64,000 bases of DNA, taken from positions 19,095-83,094 of the forward strand of contig JAISZO010000003.1 in the NCBI GenBank assembly GCA_031269105.1, written 5' to 3'. A program made the translations under genes and the position numbers. Shown here in pieces: positions 42,122 through 50,838 of this stretch. The notes under the pieces are model-generated. The model had not been told where the DNA came from. It worked only from the letters and a program-made list of their open reading frames with translations, and ran no database searches. Source of the DNA: Planctomycetaceae bacterium (lineage in GTDB: Bacteria > Planctomycetota > Planctomycetia > Pirellulales > Thermoguttaceae). Position 1 is the stretch's first letter. Each line of letters opens with the position of its first letter.

Positions 42122-43300
42122 ATGAAAATTCTCCTCTCCAATAAATTTTACTATCCGCGCGGCGGGGATTGCATTTATACGCTCAACCTTGAGGAATTGC
42201 TTAAAAAGCATGGACATGAAGTTGCTGTGTTTGCGATGCAACATCCTGACACTCTTGCTTCGCCGTATGAAAAATACTTTCCGTCGGAGGTGAAATTCTC
42301 TCCCGGATTGAGAATAATAGAAGCATTTTGTCGTCCCTTTGGAACGAATGAAGTCAAAAAGAAATTTAACGCCTTGTTAAATGATTTTCAACCGGATGTG
42401 GTTCATCTTAATAATATTCACAGCCAGTTGTCACCGGTTATTGCTCAAATCGCGCATGAACGGAAAATAAAAGTCGTTTGGACGCTGCATGATTACAAAT
42501 TGCTTTGTCCGCGTTACGATTGTCGCCGAAACGATAAAGAAATTTGCGAACGCTGTTTTACAGATAAAAAACATGTTTTGAAAAACAAGTGCATGAAAAA
42601 TTCATTGCTTGCCAGTATCATTGCTTACAAGGAATCGAAAAAATGGACGCGGGAGCGGTTGGAAACATACGTCAATACTTTTATTTGTCCCAGTCGTTTT
42701 TTGGCGGACAAAATAGTTCAGGGCGGCTTCAGCCAAAGTAAAATAACGGTTTTGTGCAACTTTATTGATACCGACAAAACAAAACGCAGCCATTACGATA
42801 AAGAGAATTACTATTGTTATGTCGGGCGATTGTCGCAGGAAAAAGGCGTAAAAACTCTGCTCGAAGCGGCTGCGCAATTGCCTTATCATTTGAAAATCAT
42901 TGGCGGCGGTCCATTGGCGGCGGAATTGCGGCAATCCGTAACTCATGAAAACATTGAGTTTTCGGGGTACAAAAATTGGGATGAAATAAAATTACTTGTG
43001 GGCAATGCGCGTTTTTCGGTGATTCCGTCGGAGTGGTATGAAAACAACCCGTTAAGCGTGATTGAAGCGCAATGTCTTGGAACACCGGTTTTGGGAGCAA
43101 ACATTGGCGGTATTCCCGAACTCATTGAAGAAGGGAAAAGCGGATTGCTGTTTGAATCGGGAAATGCGAATGACTTAAAAGATAAAATAAAACAAATGTT
43201 CACACGGGAATTTGATTATAAAACGCTGGCGGAAAATGCGCAAATCATGTATTCGGCGGAAAATTATTATCAGGAAATTATGAAAATTTACGATCTATAA
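42122..43300 (+). CDS. Glycosyltransferase, GT4 family
   Basis: SEWYENNPLSVIEAQCLGTPVLGANIGGIPELIEEGKSG. Confidence 0.85.
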   Translation: MKILLSNKFYYPRGGDCIYTLNLEELLKKHGHEVAVFAMQHPDTLASPYEKYFPSEVKFSPGLRIIEAFCRPFGTNEVKKKFNALLNDFQPDVVHLNNIHSQLSPVIAQIAHERKIKVVWTLHDYKLLCPRYDCRRNDKEICERCFTDKKHVLKNKCMKNSLLASIIAYKESKKWTRERLETYVNTFICPSRFLADKIVQGGFSQSKITVLCNFIDTDKTKRSHYDKENYYCYVGRLSQEKGVKTLLEAAAQLPYHLKIIGGGPLAAELRQSVTHENIEFSGYKNWDEIKLLVGNARFSVIPSEWYENNPLSVIEAQCLGTPVLGANIGGIPELIEEGKSGLLFESGNANDLKDKIKQMFTREFDYKTLAENAQIMYSAENYYQEIMKIYDL

Positions 43301-43383
43301 AAATATTATAAAAAAATGCTATCTTGATTGGGAAAACTACGCCGAAAAAAGAAAAAAACAAATCAGACTCAAAATCAGAATGT

Positions 43384-43437
43384 CTCATTGAGCGGATATG
43401 CCCCAACAAAGGCGGATATTTAGAAAGTTATGAATAA
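43384..43437 (+). pseudogene. 17-codon remnant of the C-terminus of an AlbA_2/wHTH ATPase gene
   Basis: LIERICPNKGGYLESYE* parallels LIERIGPDKGGYWKVNEV* at the end of the intact gene 51074-52477. Confidence 0.55.
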
Positions 43438-43456
43438 TTAAAGAAAGAAATGATCA

Positions 43457-44524
43457 ATGACAAATACGATTCCTCAACCGACTGATCTGTGTATCATTAC
43501 GACTTATCGTTGTCCGATGCGTTGTAAAATGTGTAATATCTGGGCATGTCCGACGGAGAAAAACCGGGAAATCACACCCGAAGAAATCAAGCGTCTTCCG
43601 AAAGTAAAGTTTATCAATCTGACTGGCGGCGAACCTTTTTTACGTAATGATTTAACCCAAATTGTAGAAGTCTGTTTCACTAAGTCGCCGCGAGTTGTCA
43701 TTTCCACTTCGGGCTGGTTTGAAGAGCGTGTCATTGCATTGGCGAAACAATTTCCCAACATCGGTCTTCGTATCAGCATCGAAGGGCTTGCCTGCAAAAA
43801 CGACGAACTGCGAGGTCATGCCGGAGGTTTCGATAAAGGATTGCGCACGTTGCTTACGCTTAAAGAGATGGGAGTCAAAGATATTGGTTTCGGTTGTACG
43901 GTATCGAATAATAATTCCGCCGACATGCTGTCGCTTTATCAACTTTCGAAATCGCTTGGACTGGAGTTTGCGACTGCTGCATTTCATAACTCATATTATT
44001 TTCACAAGGACGATAATGTCATTACCAACAAAGACGAAGTTTGCGGCAACTTTGAAAAATTGGTCAATATGCAACTCAAAGAAAATCATCCGAAATCATG
44101 GTTTCGTGCGTTTTTCAATATGGGGCTTATCAACTATATTGAAGGTAATCGGCGTATGTTGCCTTGCGAAGCCGGTTTAGTCAATTTCTTTGTCGAACCG
44201 TATGGCGATGTGTATCCCTGTAACGGCTTGGAAGAAAAATATTGGATGGAATCGATGGGGAATATCCGCGAAACACCCGATTTCAAAGACATTTGGGAAG
44301 GAGAGAAAGCCCAAAAAGTGCGTGAAATGGTTCGCCGTTGTCCCAAAAACTGCTGGATGGTTGGTACTGCATCACCGGTCATGAAAAAGTACATCAAGCA
44401 TCCCTTGATATGGGCGTTGAAAAATAAGTTGCGCAGCATACAAGGCAATCCTGCATGTTTAGACAAATATTGGTATGACGTGGGACAAGACCCGCAACAA
44501 GGCGATTTGAGAAAAGAGTTTTGA
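43457..44524 (+). CDS. Radical SAM protein (probably with a SPASM/twitch-like C-terminal Cys cluster)
   Basis: CPMRCKMCNIW (CxxxCxxC), LTGGEP, and late cysteines (CEAG...YPCNG...CPKNCW). Confidence 0.8.
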   Translation: MTNTIPQPTDLCIITTYRCPMRCKMCNIWACPTEKNREITPEEIKRLPKVKFINLTGGEPFLRNDLTQIVEVCFTKSPRVVISTSGWFEERVIALAKQFPNIGLRISIEGLACKNDELRGHAGGFDKGLRTLLTLKEMGVKDIGFGCTVSNNNSADMLSLYQLSKSLGLEFATAAFHNSYYFHKDDNVITNKDEVCGNFEKLVNMQLKENHPKSWFRAFFNMGLINYIEGNRRMLPCEAGLVNFFVEPYGDVYPCNGLEEKYWMESMGNIRETPDFKDIWEGEKAQKVREMVRRCPKNCWMVGTASPVMKKYIKHPLIWALKNKLRSIQGNPACLDKYWYDVGQDPQQGDLRKEF

Positions 44525-44565
44525 TATTGTAAATAACTATAAAACTTTAATAAACAGCATGAATT

Positions 44566-45536
44566 ATGAATAAAAAAATTGAAAGCGTTCAAATGATGCG
44601 CGGCATTGCTGCGCTATCTGTTGTATTTTGTCATTTAGGAATAATAGGCAAGGGCGGTTTTGGCGTGGATTTGTTTTTCTGTATCAGCGGTTTTATTATG
44701 ATGCTTGTTACGGAAAAAAATTGCGATAGATTTTTGAAGAAACGGCTTTTGCGCATTTGTCCCCTTTACTATTTGCTGACCATTGGCGCGTTTGCAATGG
44801 CTTTTATTGCTCCAAACCTGTTGCGCGACGCTAATACGGGACTTGACGCTTTATTGCGTTCATTTTTTTTCATTGGCGGAAACGAGATTATGGTAGGCGT
44901 AGGTTGGACGCTTTGTTACGAAATGTTTTTTTATTTGTTGTTTTTTATCGCATTCAAAATTAATCATAAAAATCGACACATTATTTCTACGGCATTTTTG
45001 ACAGCCATAGTTTTGACAGGACTTATCATAAAAACTACAAACGGATATTTGGAATTTTATACGCAACCAATTCTTTTAGAATTTGCGTTGGGAATGTGGG
45101 CTTACATAATTTTATATCGCGGCGCACAATACAATACAATACAATACAATACAATACAATACTCCTGCTCCTAATGGCAATTATAATTTACGGGTCTCTG
45201 TTTTTTGTAGGGCTGCCAATCGATAGATTATTTGCGGCGGGAATACCGACATTTGTATTTTTTCTATTGATATTCAAAGCGCTGCAAAATAGAAATGTGC
45301 CGAAATTTTTTGTTGTATTGGGAAACATCAGTTATTCGTTATATTTGACGCATACATTTGTAATAACATCCTTTTCAAAATTGATATTAGATATTAACCA
45401 TAAAATAACAGTTGTTTCAATCATTGCGTCTGTATTTGCCATAAGTATAGCCGTAGGAATAGCATATCTTTCATGGTATTTGATAGAAAATAAGTTGACT
45501 AACTGGATAAAAATAAAATTTGAGAAAGAAAGTTGA
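44566..45536 (+). pseudogene. Acyltransferase-3 family O-acyltransferase, split into two frames at a pentanucleotide repeat
   Basis: N-terminal part VQMMRGIAALSVVFCHL...FFCISGF (44566-45174). C-terminal part ...GNISYSLYLTHTF... is in another frame (45163-45536). One repeat unit fewer fuses the two. Confidence 0.8.
45126..45162 (+). repeat. (ACAAT)7 pentanucleotide repeat at the frame break
   Basis: acaat x7 plus ac, read directly. Confidence 0.95.
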
Positions 45537-45621
45537 AATCAATATTAAAAAAAGCTGGAATTAAAGAACAAAGAATATTGGTAATATATCCGTGGAATTT
45601 TCGTTAAACATTTGTCAACAT

Positions 45622-45787
45622 AAGGTAGGCGGCGTCTCGCCGAGACGTCGCGTCGGCGATAGCCGACTTGCCCCTGTTTACGAGGGTCGCCGGATTCCAA
45701 ACCGTACAACAACACGAAGCGCCGTAGTTCATCGGATTCGCAGACGCCTTACGGCGTCCAACCTTTCGGCGAAAGGTTGGCTACCTT
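45622..45787. mobile_element. REPIN-1: two REP units in inverted orientation
   Basis: Left arm 45622-45667: AAGGTAGGC, hairpin GGCGTCTC-GCC-GAGACGTC, hairpin GTCGGC-GATA-GCCGAC. Right arm 45743-45787 is the same architecture on the other strand (AAGGTAGCC, CAACCTTTC-GCC-GAAAGGTTG, GACGCC-GTAA-GGCGTC). Confidence 0.8.
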
Positions 45788-45888
45788 GTCATGTTTAACC
45801 ATAAAAAAACGCCGATGATAGATTACGAATATCGTATCGTTAAAAACAAATTACTGGGATTCACAATGGATTTCAGCGTTATTATTAA

Positions 45889-46236
45889 ATGATTTTTAGA
45901 AAGCATAATATGTGGTCAGATTGGAAAAAACGGGCAAAACAAGATGCAAAAATATCCGATCAATTATTATGGGATATGGATTTGAAGCATTTTGATATTC
46001 AAAAAGGACGTGCTTTAGTTGCCGAGCGAGTCGCTGAGCGCGGCGATTTGGACGACTTTTATGCAATGTTTGCGTTGTATGGAGGAGTCAAAGAGGTGCG
46101 GGAAATTTATAAAAATGAAGTCAAAGAGTTGAATCCAAGAGCATTGGCTTTTATTTCAGCCGCGTTCAATCTCAAGAAGGAAGAAATGAAATGTTATACG
46201 AACAGACGGTCGAAAGCCATACATTGGGATTACTAA
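45889..46236 (+). CDS. Putative antitoxin partner of AbiEii-like toxin
   Basis: 115-aa ORF overlapping the start of the nucleotidyltransferase gene. No motif recognised, so the call rests on context. Confidence 0.4.
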   Translation: MIFRKHNMWSDWKKRAKQDAKISDQLLWDMDLKHFDIQKGRALVAERVAERGDLDDFYAMFALYGGVKEVREIYKNEVKELNPRALAFISAAFNLKKEEMKCYTNRRSKAIHWDY

Positions 46237-46841
46237 AAAAAATGATGCGCGATCGTTGGTTCGCCGGTTTTTTATTAGCCGGAGGAACAAATCTTGCGTT
46301 GCAATTGGGATATCGAAAAAGTATTGATTTGGATTTTTTTGCATGGCAACATTTTGACGCATTACCGCTTGCCGAATATTTACAAGAACACTATCGGTTC
46401 TATAAACAGGATGTTCGTGAAAAAGATACGATAAAAGGTTATATTGACAATATCAAAGTAGATTTTATTGCGCATGTCTATCCTTTTGTTGACGAGAGAA
46501 TTGCAACAGAAGACGGGATTCGGATGTATAGTATTAAGGATATTGTCGCCATGAAACTTGGAGCTGTAAGCGATAACGGGCGGCGGCTGAAAGATTTTGT
46601 AGATATTGCTTACCTCTCAACACGGCTATCATTGACGCAAATGCTTGGCGCTTATGCTGATAAATATCAAAATTCAAGTACGCTTCATGCGGCAAGAGGA
46701 CTAGCGTATTTTGACGATATTGATTTTAATGCACAAATTGAATTGACCGGCAACAGACAGTTTGATTGGAAAAAAATCGAAAAACGTATCTTGCAAATGA
46801 TCAGGTTTGAAAATAAAATTTTCAGTAATGAGCCAATATAA
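46191..46841 (+). CDS. AbiEii/AbiGii-family nucleotidyltransferase toxin (DUF1814-like)
   Basis: FLLAGGTNLALQLGYRKSIDLDFF matches the GGTAL...R-S-DiD nucleotidyltransferase motif. 216 aa. Confidence 0.7.
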   Translation: MLYEQTVESHTLGLLKKMMRDRWFAGFLLAGGTNLALQLGYRKSIDLDFFAWQHFDALPLAEYLQEHYRFYKQDVREKDTIKGYIDNIKVDFIAHVYPFVDERIATEDGIRMYSIKDIVAMKLGAVSDNGRRLKDFVDIAYLSTRLSLTQMLGAYADKYQNSSTLHAARGLAYFDDIDFNAQIELTGNRQFDWKKIEKRILQMIRFENKIFSNEPI

Positions 46842-47946
46842 ACAAAATATAAAAATCGTAGTAACCGGAACTCGCGGTATTCCCAATATTCAAGGCGGCG
46901 TGGAAACGCATTGTGAAGAATTATTTCCGCGAGTTGCAGCTCACGGATATGAGACAATCATTATCCGCCGTAAAAGTTATGCGCAGGACGATTTGAAAGA
47001 ATACAAAAACGTAAAACTATTCGATATTCCTACGCCAAGAAAAAAATCGCTAGAAGCAATTATTCACACGTTAAAAGCGGCGATAGCGGCGCGGTTCAAG
47101 TTTCATGCGGATATTCTTCATGTTCACGCTATCGGTCCAGCGCTTGTAACGCCTTTTGCCCGCTTGCTGGGAATGAAAGTCGTTTTTACGCATCACGGAC
47201 ACGATTACGAAAGAAATAAATGGGGAGCTTTCGCTAAATTTATGTTAAAATTCGGCGAGCGAATGGGATGTCGTTTTGCCAATAAAGTCATTGTGATTTC
47301 CGAAACAATTAACCGAAATATCAAGGAACGAACGCATCGTGAAGACGCTTATGTGATATACAACGGCGTGCCGAAACCAACATTTATACAAGAGACGTCT
47401 TATCTGACGGAACTCGGCGTTCAGCCGAAACAATACATTTTCGCAATGGGACGTTTTGTGCCGGAAAAAAATTTTCATCACTTGATTCAGGCGTTTACTT
47501 CGTTGAAACAAAATCAATATCAATTGGTTTTGGCTGGCGACGCCGATTTTGAAGATGATTATTCCCGAAAATTAAAAGAACTTGCGCGGGAAAATCATAT
47601 TATTCTTACCGGATTCATTAAAGGCGAAAAACTTCAGTCTTTACTGACACACTCGCGGCTTTTTGTATTGCCGTCGTCGCATGAAGGACTTCCGATTGCA
47701 TTGTTGGAGGCGATGAGTTACAATTTGCCGGTCATTGCCAGTAATATTCCGCCGAATTTGAATGTCGAATTGCCGGTTGAAAGTTATTTTCCGGTTGGAA
47801 ATCCCGAAGCGCTGGCTGCCAAAATAAAAGACTTTCTCGATACGACGACTGACCGCATAAGTTATCCGATGGAAAAATACAACTGGGATGCGATTACGGA
47901 GCAAACCATTGAGGTTTATCAACAATGTTGTTCGCTCAAACAGTAA
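46828..47946 (+). CDS. Glycosyltransferase family 1 with a DUF1972-type N-terminus
   Basis: VVTGTRGIPNIQGGVETHCEEL and SSHEGLPIALLEAMSYNLPVIASN. Confidence 0.8.
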   Translation: MSQYKQNIKIVVTGTRGIPNIQGGVETHCEELFPRVAAHGYETIIIRRKSYAQDDLKEYKNVKLFDIPTPRKKSLEAIIHTLKAAIAARFKFHADILHVHAIGPALVTPFARLLGMKVVFTHHGHDYERNKWGAFAKFMLKFGERMGCRFANKVIVISETINRNIKERTHREDAYVIYNGVPKPTFIQETSYLTELGVQPKQYIFAMGRFVPEKNFHHLIQAFTSLKQNQYQLVLAGDADFEDDYSRKLKELARENHIILTGFIKGEKLQSLLTHSRLFVLPSSHEGLPIALLEAMSYNLPVIASNIPPNLNVELPVESYFPVGNPEALAAKIKDFLDTTTDRISYPMEKYNWDAITEQTIEVYQQCCSLKQ

Positions 47947-47968
47947 ATAAAAAATGATATTTTAGTCT

Positions 47969-48331
47969 ATGAAAGCCGTAAGATTTACGAAGAAAAAAAA
48001 GAAGTACAACGCAGAACCGGGTTATATCACTATGAATATGCCGAAATTATTAGACGCATTAAATTCTGTTGGAATTGTTAATCCTATTATTTGTTCTTCT
48101 GTCAATAAAATTGGATTCCGAATGTCAGGGGGCAAAGAAATTTATGAAAAATATTTGAAAGAAAAAGAATTTCGTCCTATTGCGATGCAGGTTTTGGCAG
48201 CCGGTGCATTAAGCCCTAAAGAAGCAATTGAATATTTGGGACAATTTAAGAACATTGAATCCGTTTTATTCGGAGCGTCTTCAAAATCGCATATTCAGGA
48301 AACAAAAAATTTGATAGAACAATCCGTTTGA
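47969..48331 (+). CDS. Hypothetical protein, possibly a truncated C-terminal fragment
   Basis: ORF only. The tail LFGASSKSHIQETKNLIE is faintly aldo/keto-reductase-like. The N-terminus is Lys-rich and atypical. Confidence 0.3.
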   Translation: MKAVRFTKKKKKYNAEPGYITMNMPKLLDALNSVGIVNPIICSSVNKIGFRMSGGKEIYEKYLKEKEFRPIAMQVLAAGALSPKEAIEYLGQFKNIESVLFGASSKSHIQETKNLIEQSV

Positions 48332-48496
48332 CATTGAATAACGCCGTTGTTCTAATATTTCCTCAAAATGTAAGTTATTTTTGAAATTCTATAAAAACCG
48401 TAACATATCCATTTGTTTATGTTGTATTAAAAAATAATATTTAATGCGGGTGTTTATCGAACTCCCGCGCTGTCGAAAACCGATAGAAATATACAT

Positions 48497-48715
48497 AGTC
48501 AATCCTTAAAAAGCAATTTTCGTCGGAAATGGTGTGGAAACCTTTTGAAAATAAGACGCGAAAAAATTCTCGTTGATGGGTTTTGTCCGTTTTCTCTAAC
48601 ATTATTTACCGCTTTTTGACTGGAATTGTACTAAAACTCTGCAAATAAATGCAATGTTTTGTGACTGCATCTTATTGAAATGTAAATATGCTTATGGGGT
48701 TTTTAAGGATTGACT
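48497..48715. repeat. Perfect 16-bp inverted repeat flanking 187 bp
   Basis: AGTCAATCCTTAAAAA (48497-48512) and TTTTTAAGGATTGACT (48700-48715). Confidence 0.9.
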
Positions 48716-48726
48716 AATTAATGTTG

Positions 48727-48908
48727 AAAGAAATTTCTATTGATAAATTCATTGCTATCCATGAATTGAATGAAAAAATTAAAATAAACGTTAGAAATAC
48801 AAAAACAATCTTTCCAAACTCAAAGCCAAATGTCTGCTTGAGCGAATCGGTCCCGACAAAGGCGAATATTGGAAAGTTATCGATAACAAGGAAAGGGATA
48901 CTCAATGA
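48727..48908 (+). pseudogene. Frameshifted C-terminal (wHTH) fragment of an AlbA_2-type ATPase gene
   Basis: IAIHELNEKIKI ... NNLSKLKAKCLLERIGPDKGEYWKV parallels ITIPELSEQIKISETAIQNNIAKLKARGLIERIGPDKGGYWKV of 51074-52477. Confidence 0.6.
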
Positions 48909-49045
48909 CAAACATTCCACAACCTACCGATATGTGTATCATTACGACTTATCGTTGTCTGATGCGGTGCAAGATGTGCAATATCGGAGCTATTGTCATA
49001 AATAATTTGTCTAAATTAAATAATGAAATCAATAAATTCAACTAA
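48905..49045 (+). pseudogene. N-terminal 46-aa fragment of a radical SAM gene (paralogue of 43457)
   Basis: MTNIPQPTDMCIITTYRCLMRCKMCNI versus MTNTIPQPTDLCIITTYRCPMRCKMCNI. It diverges after that point and stops. Confidence 0.7.
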
Positions 49046-49098
49046 TGTTAAACAATTAATATTTCCCATAAAAACCAAACTAGGAAGCAGGATGAGTT

Positions 49099-49251
49099 AT
49101 GGTAGCAACAAAGCGTTTAATTTCAATTGATATTGCGCGGGCAATATGTATAATTTTGGTTGTTATTGGGCATTTCAAACCCGATGGCTCGCCTGTTTGG
49201 TACGAGGCATTGAACAAGGCGATTTATTCTGCAGTCGGCTATTGCCGATAG
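49099..49251 (+). pseudogene. N-terminal 50-aa fragment of an acyltransferase-3 gene
   Basis: MVATKRLISIDIARAICIILVVIGHF is a typical N-terminus. It is truncated where a partial REP-like hairpin (GTCGGCTATTGCCGAT) begins. Confidence 0.55.
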
Positions 49252-49355
49252 TTACGTATCAATTTTATTAGGATTTCATAATGTAAATATTGTGTGATAT
49301 TTTTTTGCGCGTTGTCGAGTTCAAATTGAAAATGAATTGGCGTTCCACCGTTTCT

Positions 49356-49401
49356 GTCGGCTAGCGCCGACGCGACCGTTCGGCGAACAGTCGCCTACCT
49401 T
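49356..49401 (-). repeat. REP unit directly upstream of the RAYT gene
   Basis: Reverse complement reads AAGGTAGGC GACTGTTC-GCC-GAACGGTC GC GTCGGC-GCTA-GCCGAC. Identical to 50039-50084. Confidence 0.85.
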
Positions 49402-49431
49402 ATAAAACGCTTACACTTTAATGACGATATT

Positions 49432-49875
49432 ATGACGTTCAAACTTAATCACAACGTTCCATTTTGGATTCAAGACGACGCCGTTTTTTTCATTACAATT
49501 TGCTGTCAAAAACGGCATGTCAATACGCTTGCGACGCCGGAAATCGCGAGCAAAATAAAAGAAGGACTCATGTATCGTCAACACATACAACAATTATGGA
49601 TTATTTATGCGTTAGTCATGCCGGACCATTTTCACGCGATTTTAGGATTTGGGCGTAATTATGAAATGAAACAGGTAATTATGAGTTGGAAGCGTTATTT
49701 GACAAAATATGCCGGTATCAATTGGCAAAAAGATTTTTTTGACCATCGTATTCGTTCTGATGAATCATTAAGCGAAAAAATTGAATATATTCGTCGAAAT
49801 CCGGTAAGACAAAATTTAGTGATACGTCCCGAAGATTGGCAATACGCATGGTCTGGAGATGATTTACAATTTTAG
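49432..49875 (+). CDS. REP-associated tyrosine transposase (RAYT; IS200/IS605 TnpA-like HUH enzyme)
   Basis: HUH motif in VMPDHFHAIL, catalytic-Tyr region EYIRRNPV, 147 aa, flanked by inverted REP units. Confidence 0.85.
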   Translation: MTFKLNHNVPFWIQDDAVFFITICCQKRHVNTLATPEIASKIKEGLMYRQHIQQLWIIYALVMPDHFHAILGFGRNYEMKQVIMSWKRYLTKYAGINWQKDFFDHRIRSDESLSEKIEYIRRNPVRQNLVIRPEDWQYAWSGDDLQF

Positions 49876-49895
49876 AGAAGACGAGTTTCAGCGAT

Positions 49896-50084
49896 AAGGT
49901 AGGCGGCGTTTCGCCGAAACGTCGCGTCGGTACGCCGACAGTAACGTATCTATTTTATGAGGATTGCATGACGAAAATATGAACCAAATATCTACATTAA
50001 ATTCCGTTATATAGCAGAAAGAAGAGAGACGTATTACAGTCGGCTAGCGCCGACGCGACCGTTCGGCGAACAGTCGCCTACCTT
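49896..50084. mobile_element. REPIN-2: inverted REP doublet directly downstream of RAYT
   Basis: 49896-49939 (+): AAGGTAGGC GGCGTTTC-GCC-GAAACGTC ... GTCGG-TACG-CCGAC. 50039-50084 is on the minus strand. Confidence 0.8.
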
Positions 50085-50123
50085 GGCAAACGTTCCTATA
50101 AACTTTAATTTGTAATTCTTTAA

Positions 50124-50507
50124 ATGATTAAATCTTTTAAATGGTATATCCAACGTCTTTCCGCAATGTCGCCGATGGAAATTCCATATCGGTTGCGTCA
50201 AGCTGTTTCTCAAAAACTCGGACGATATAAACAATGGCAGCCCGCCGAAGAAATAACATTAGAAAAAGTTTGGAATGGAAACGGTACGCCGGAAGAATTG
50301 CAAAATATAGCATCAAAACTTCCTTTTTCGCCAAGTGCAGAAATTATAAAAACGTTTCCAAAACAATGGAAAACGCAATGTTTGGAAGAAGCGGAACATC
50401 TTTTACGGCATGAGTTCACGTTTTTCGCCTTTGAAAATTTTCCGTTTGGTGAAACTATCGACTGGAACCGTGATTATTCCACCGGAAAAACCGTTCCGCA
50501 AGGGTAG
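50124..50507 (+). pseudogene. N-terminal fragment of a heparinase II/III-like (polysaccharide lyase/epimerase-like) gene
   Basis: YIQRLSAMSPMEIPYRLRQ... LLRHEFTFFAFENFPFGETIDWNRDY resembles the N-terminus of that family. It stops at 127 aa, against my expectation of about 550. Confidence 0.45.
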
Positions 50508-50838
50508 TTACCATAAAAGATATTCAGTTGGTATTATCCAATAACGAAAATATAGGACATATTGAGACATACCGGCAATCGCCTTCTTGTTATAAAATAC
50601 TCGAAGCTAAGCGAATTTATTATCCGATGAAACAAACAAGCGGAAAAACTCGATTTGTATTGAAATTTATTTCATAAATGTGATTTATTAGAAATTTCAA
50701 GACGATCAAAATAATAAATCTCGCCTGAAAAACAAAATGAACCGTCCGCTATTCCGTCTGGAATTTCTTTTTCAATGATGTAAAATAAAGAAAATTCGTA
50801 ATAGATCCGTGGAATTTTCGTTAAACATTTGTCAACAT

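Noticed and set aside
45592-45798. 68-aa ORF covering REPIN-1
   Set aside because: It is composed entirely of the REP hairpins, and the same region in REPIN-3 is not open.
48721-49005. 94-aa ORF in the track
   Set aside because: It is a chimera of frames running across the AlbA_2 C-terminal fragment and the radical SAM head. The homologous readings are in other frames.
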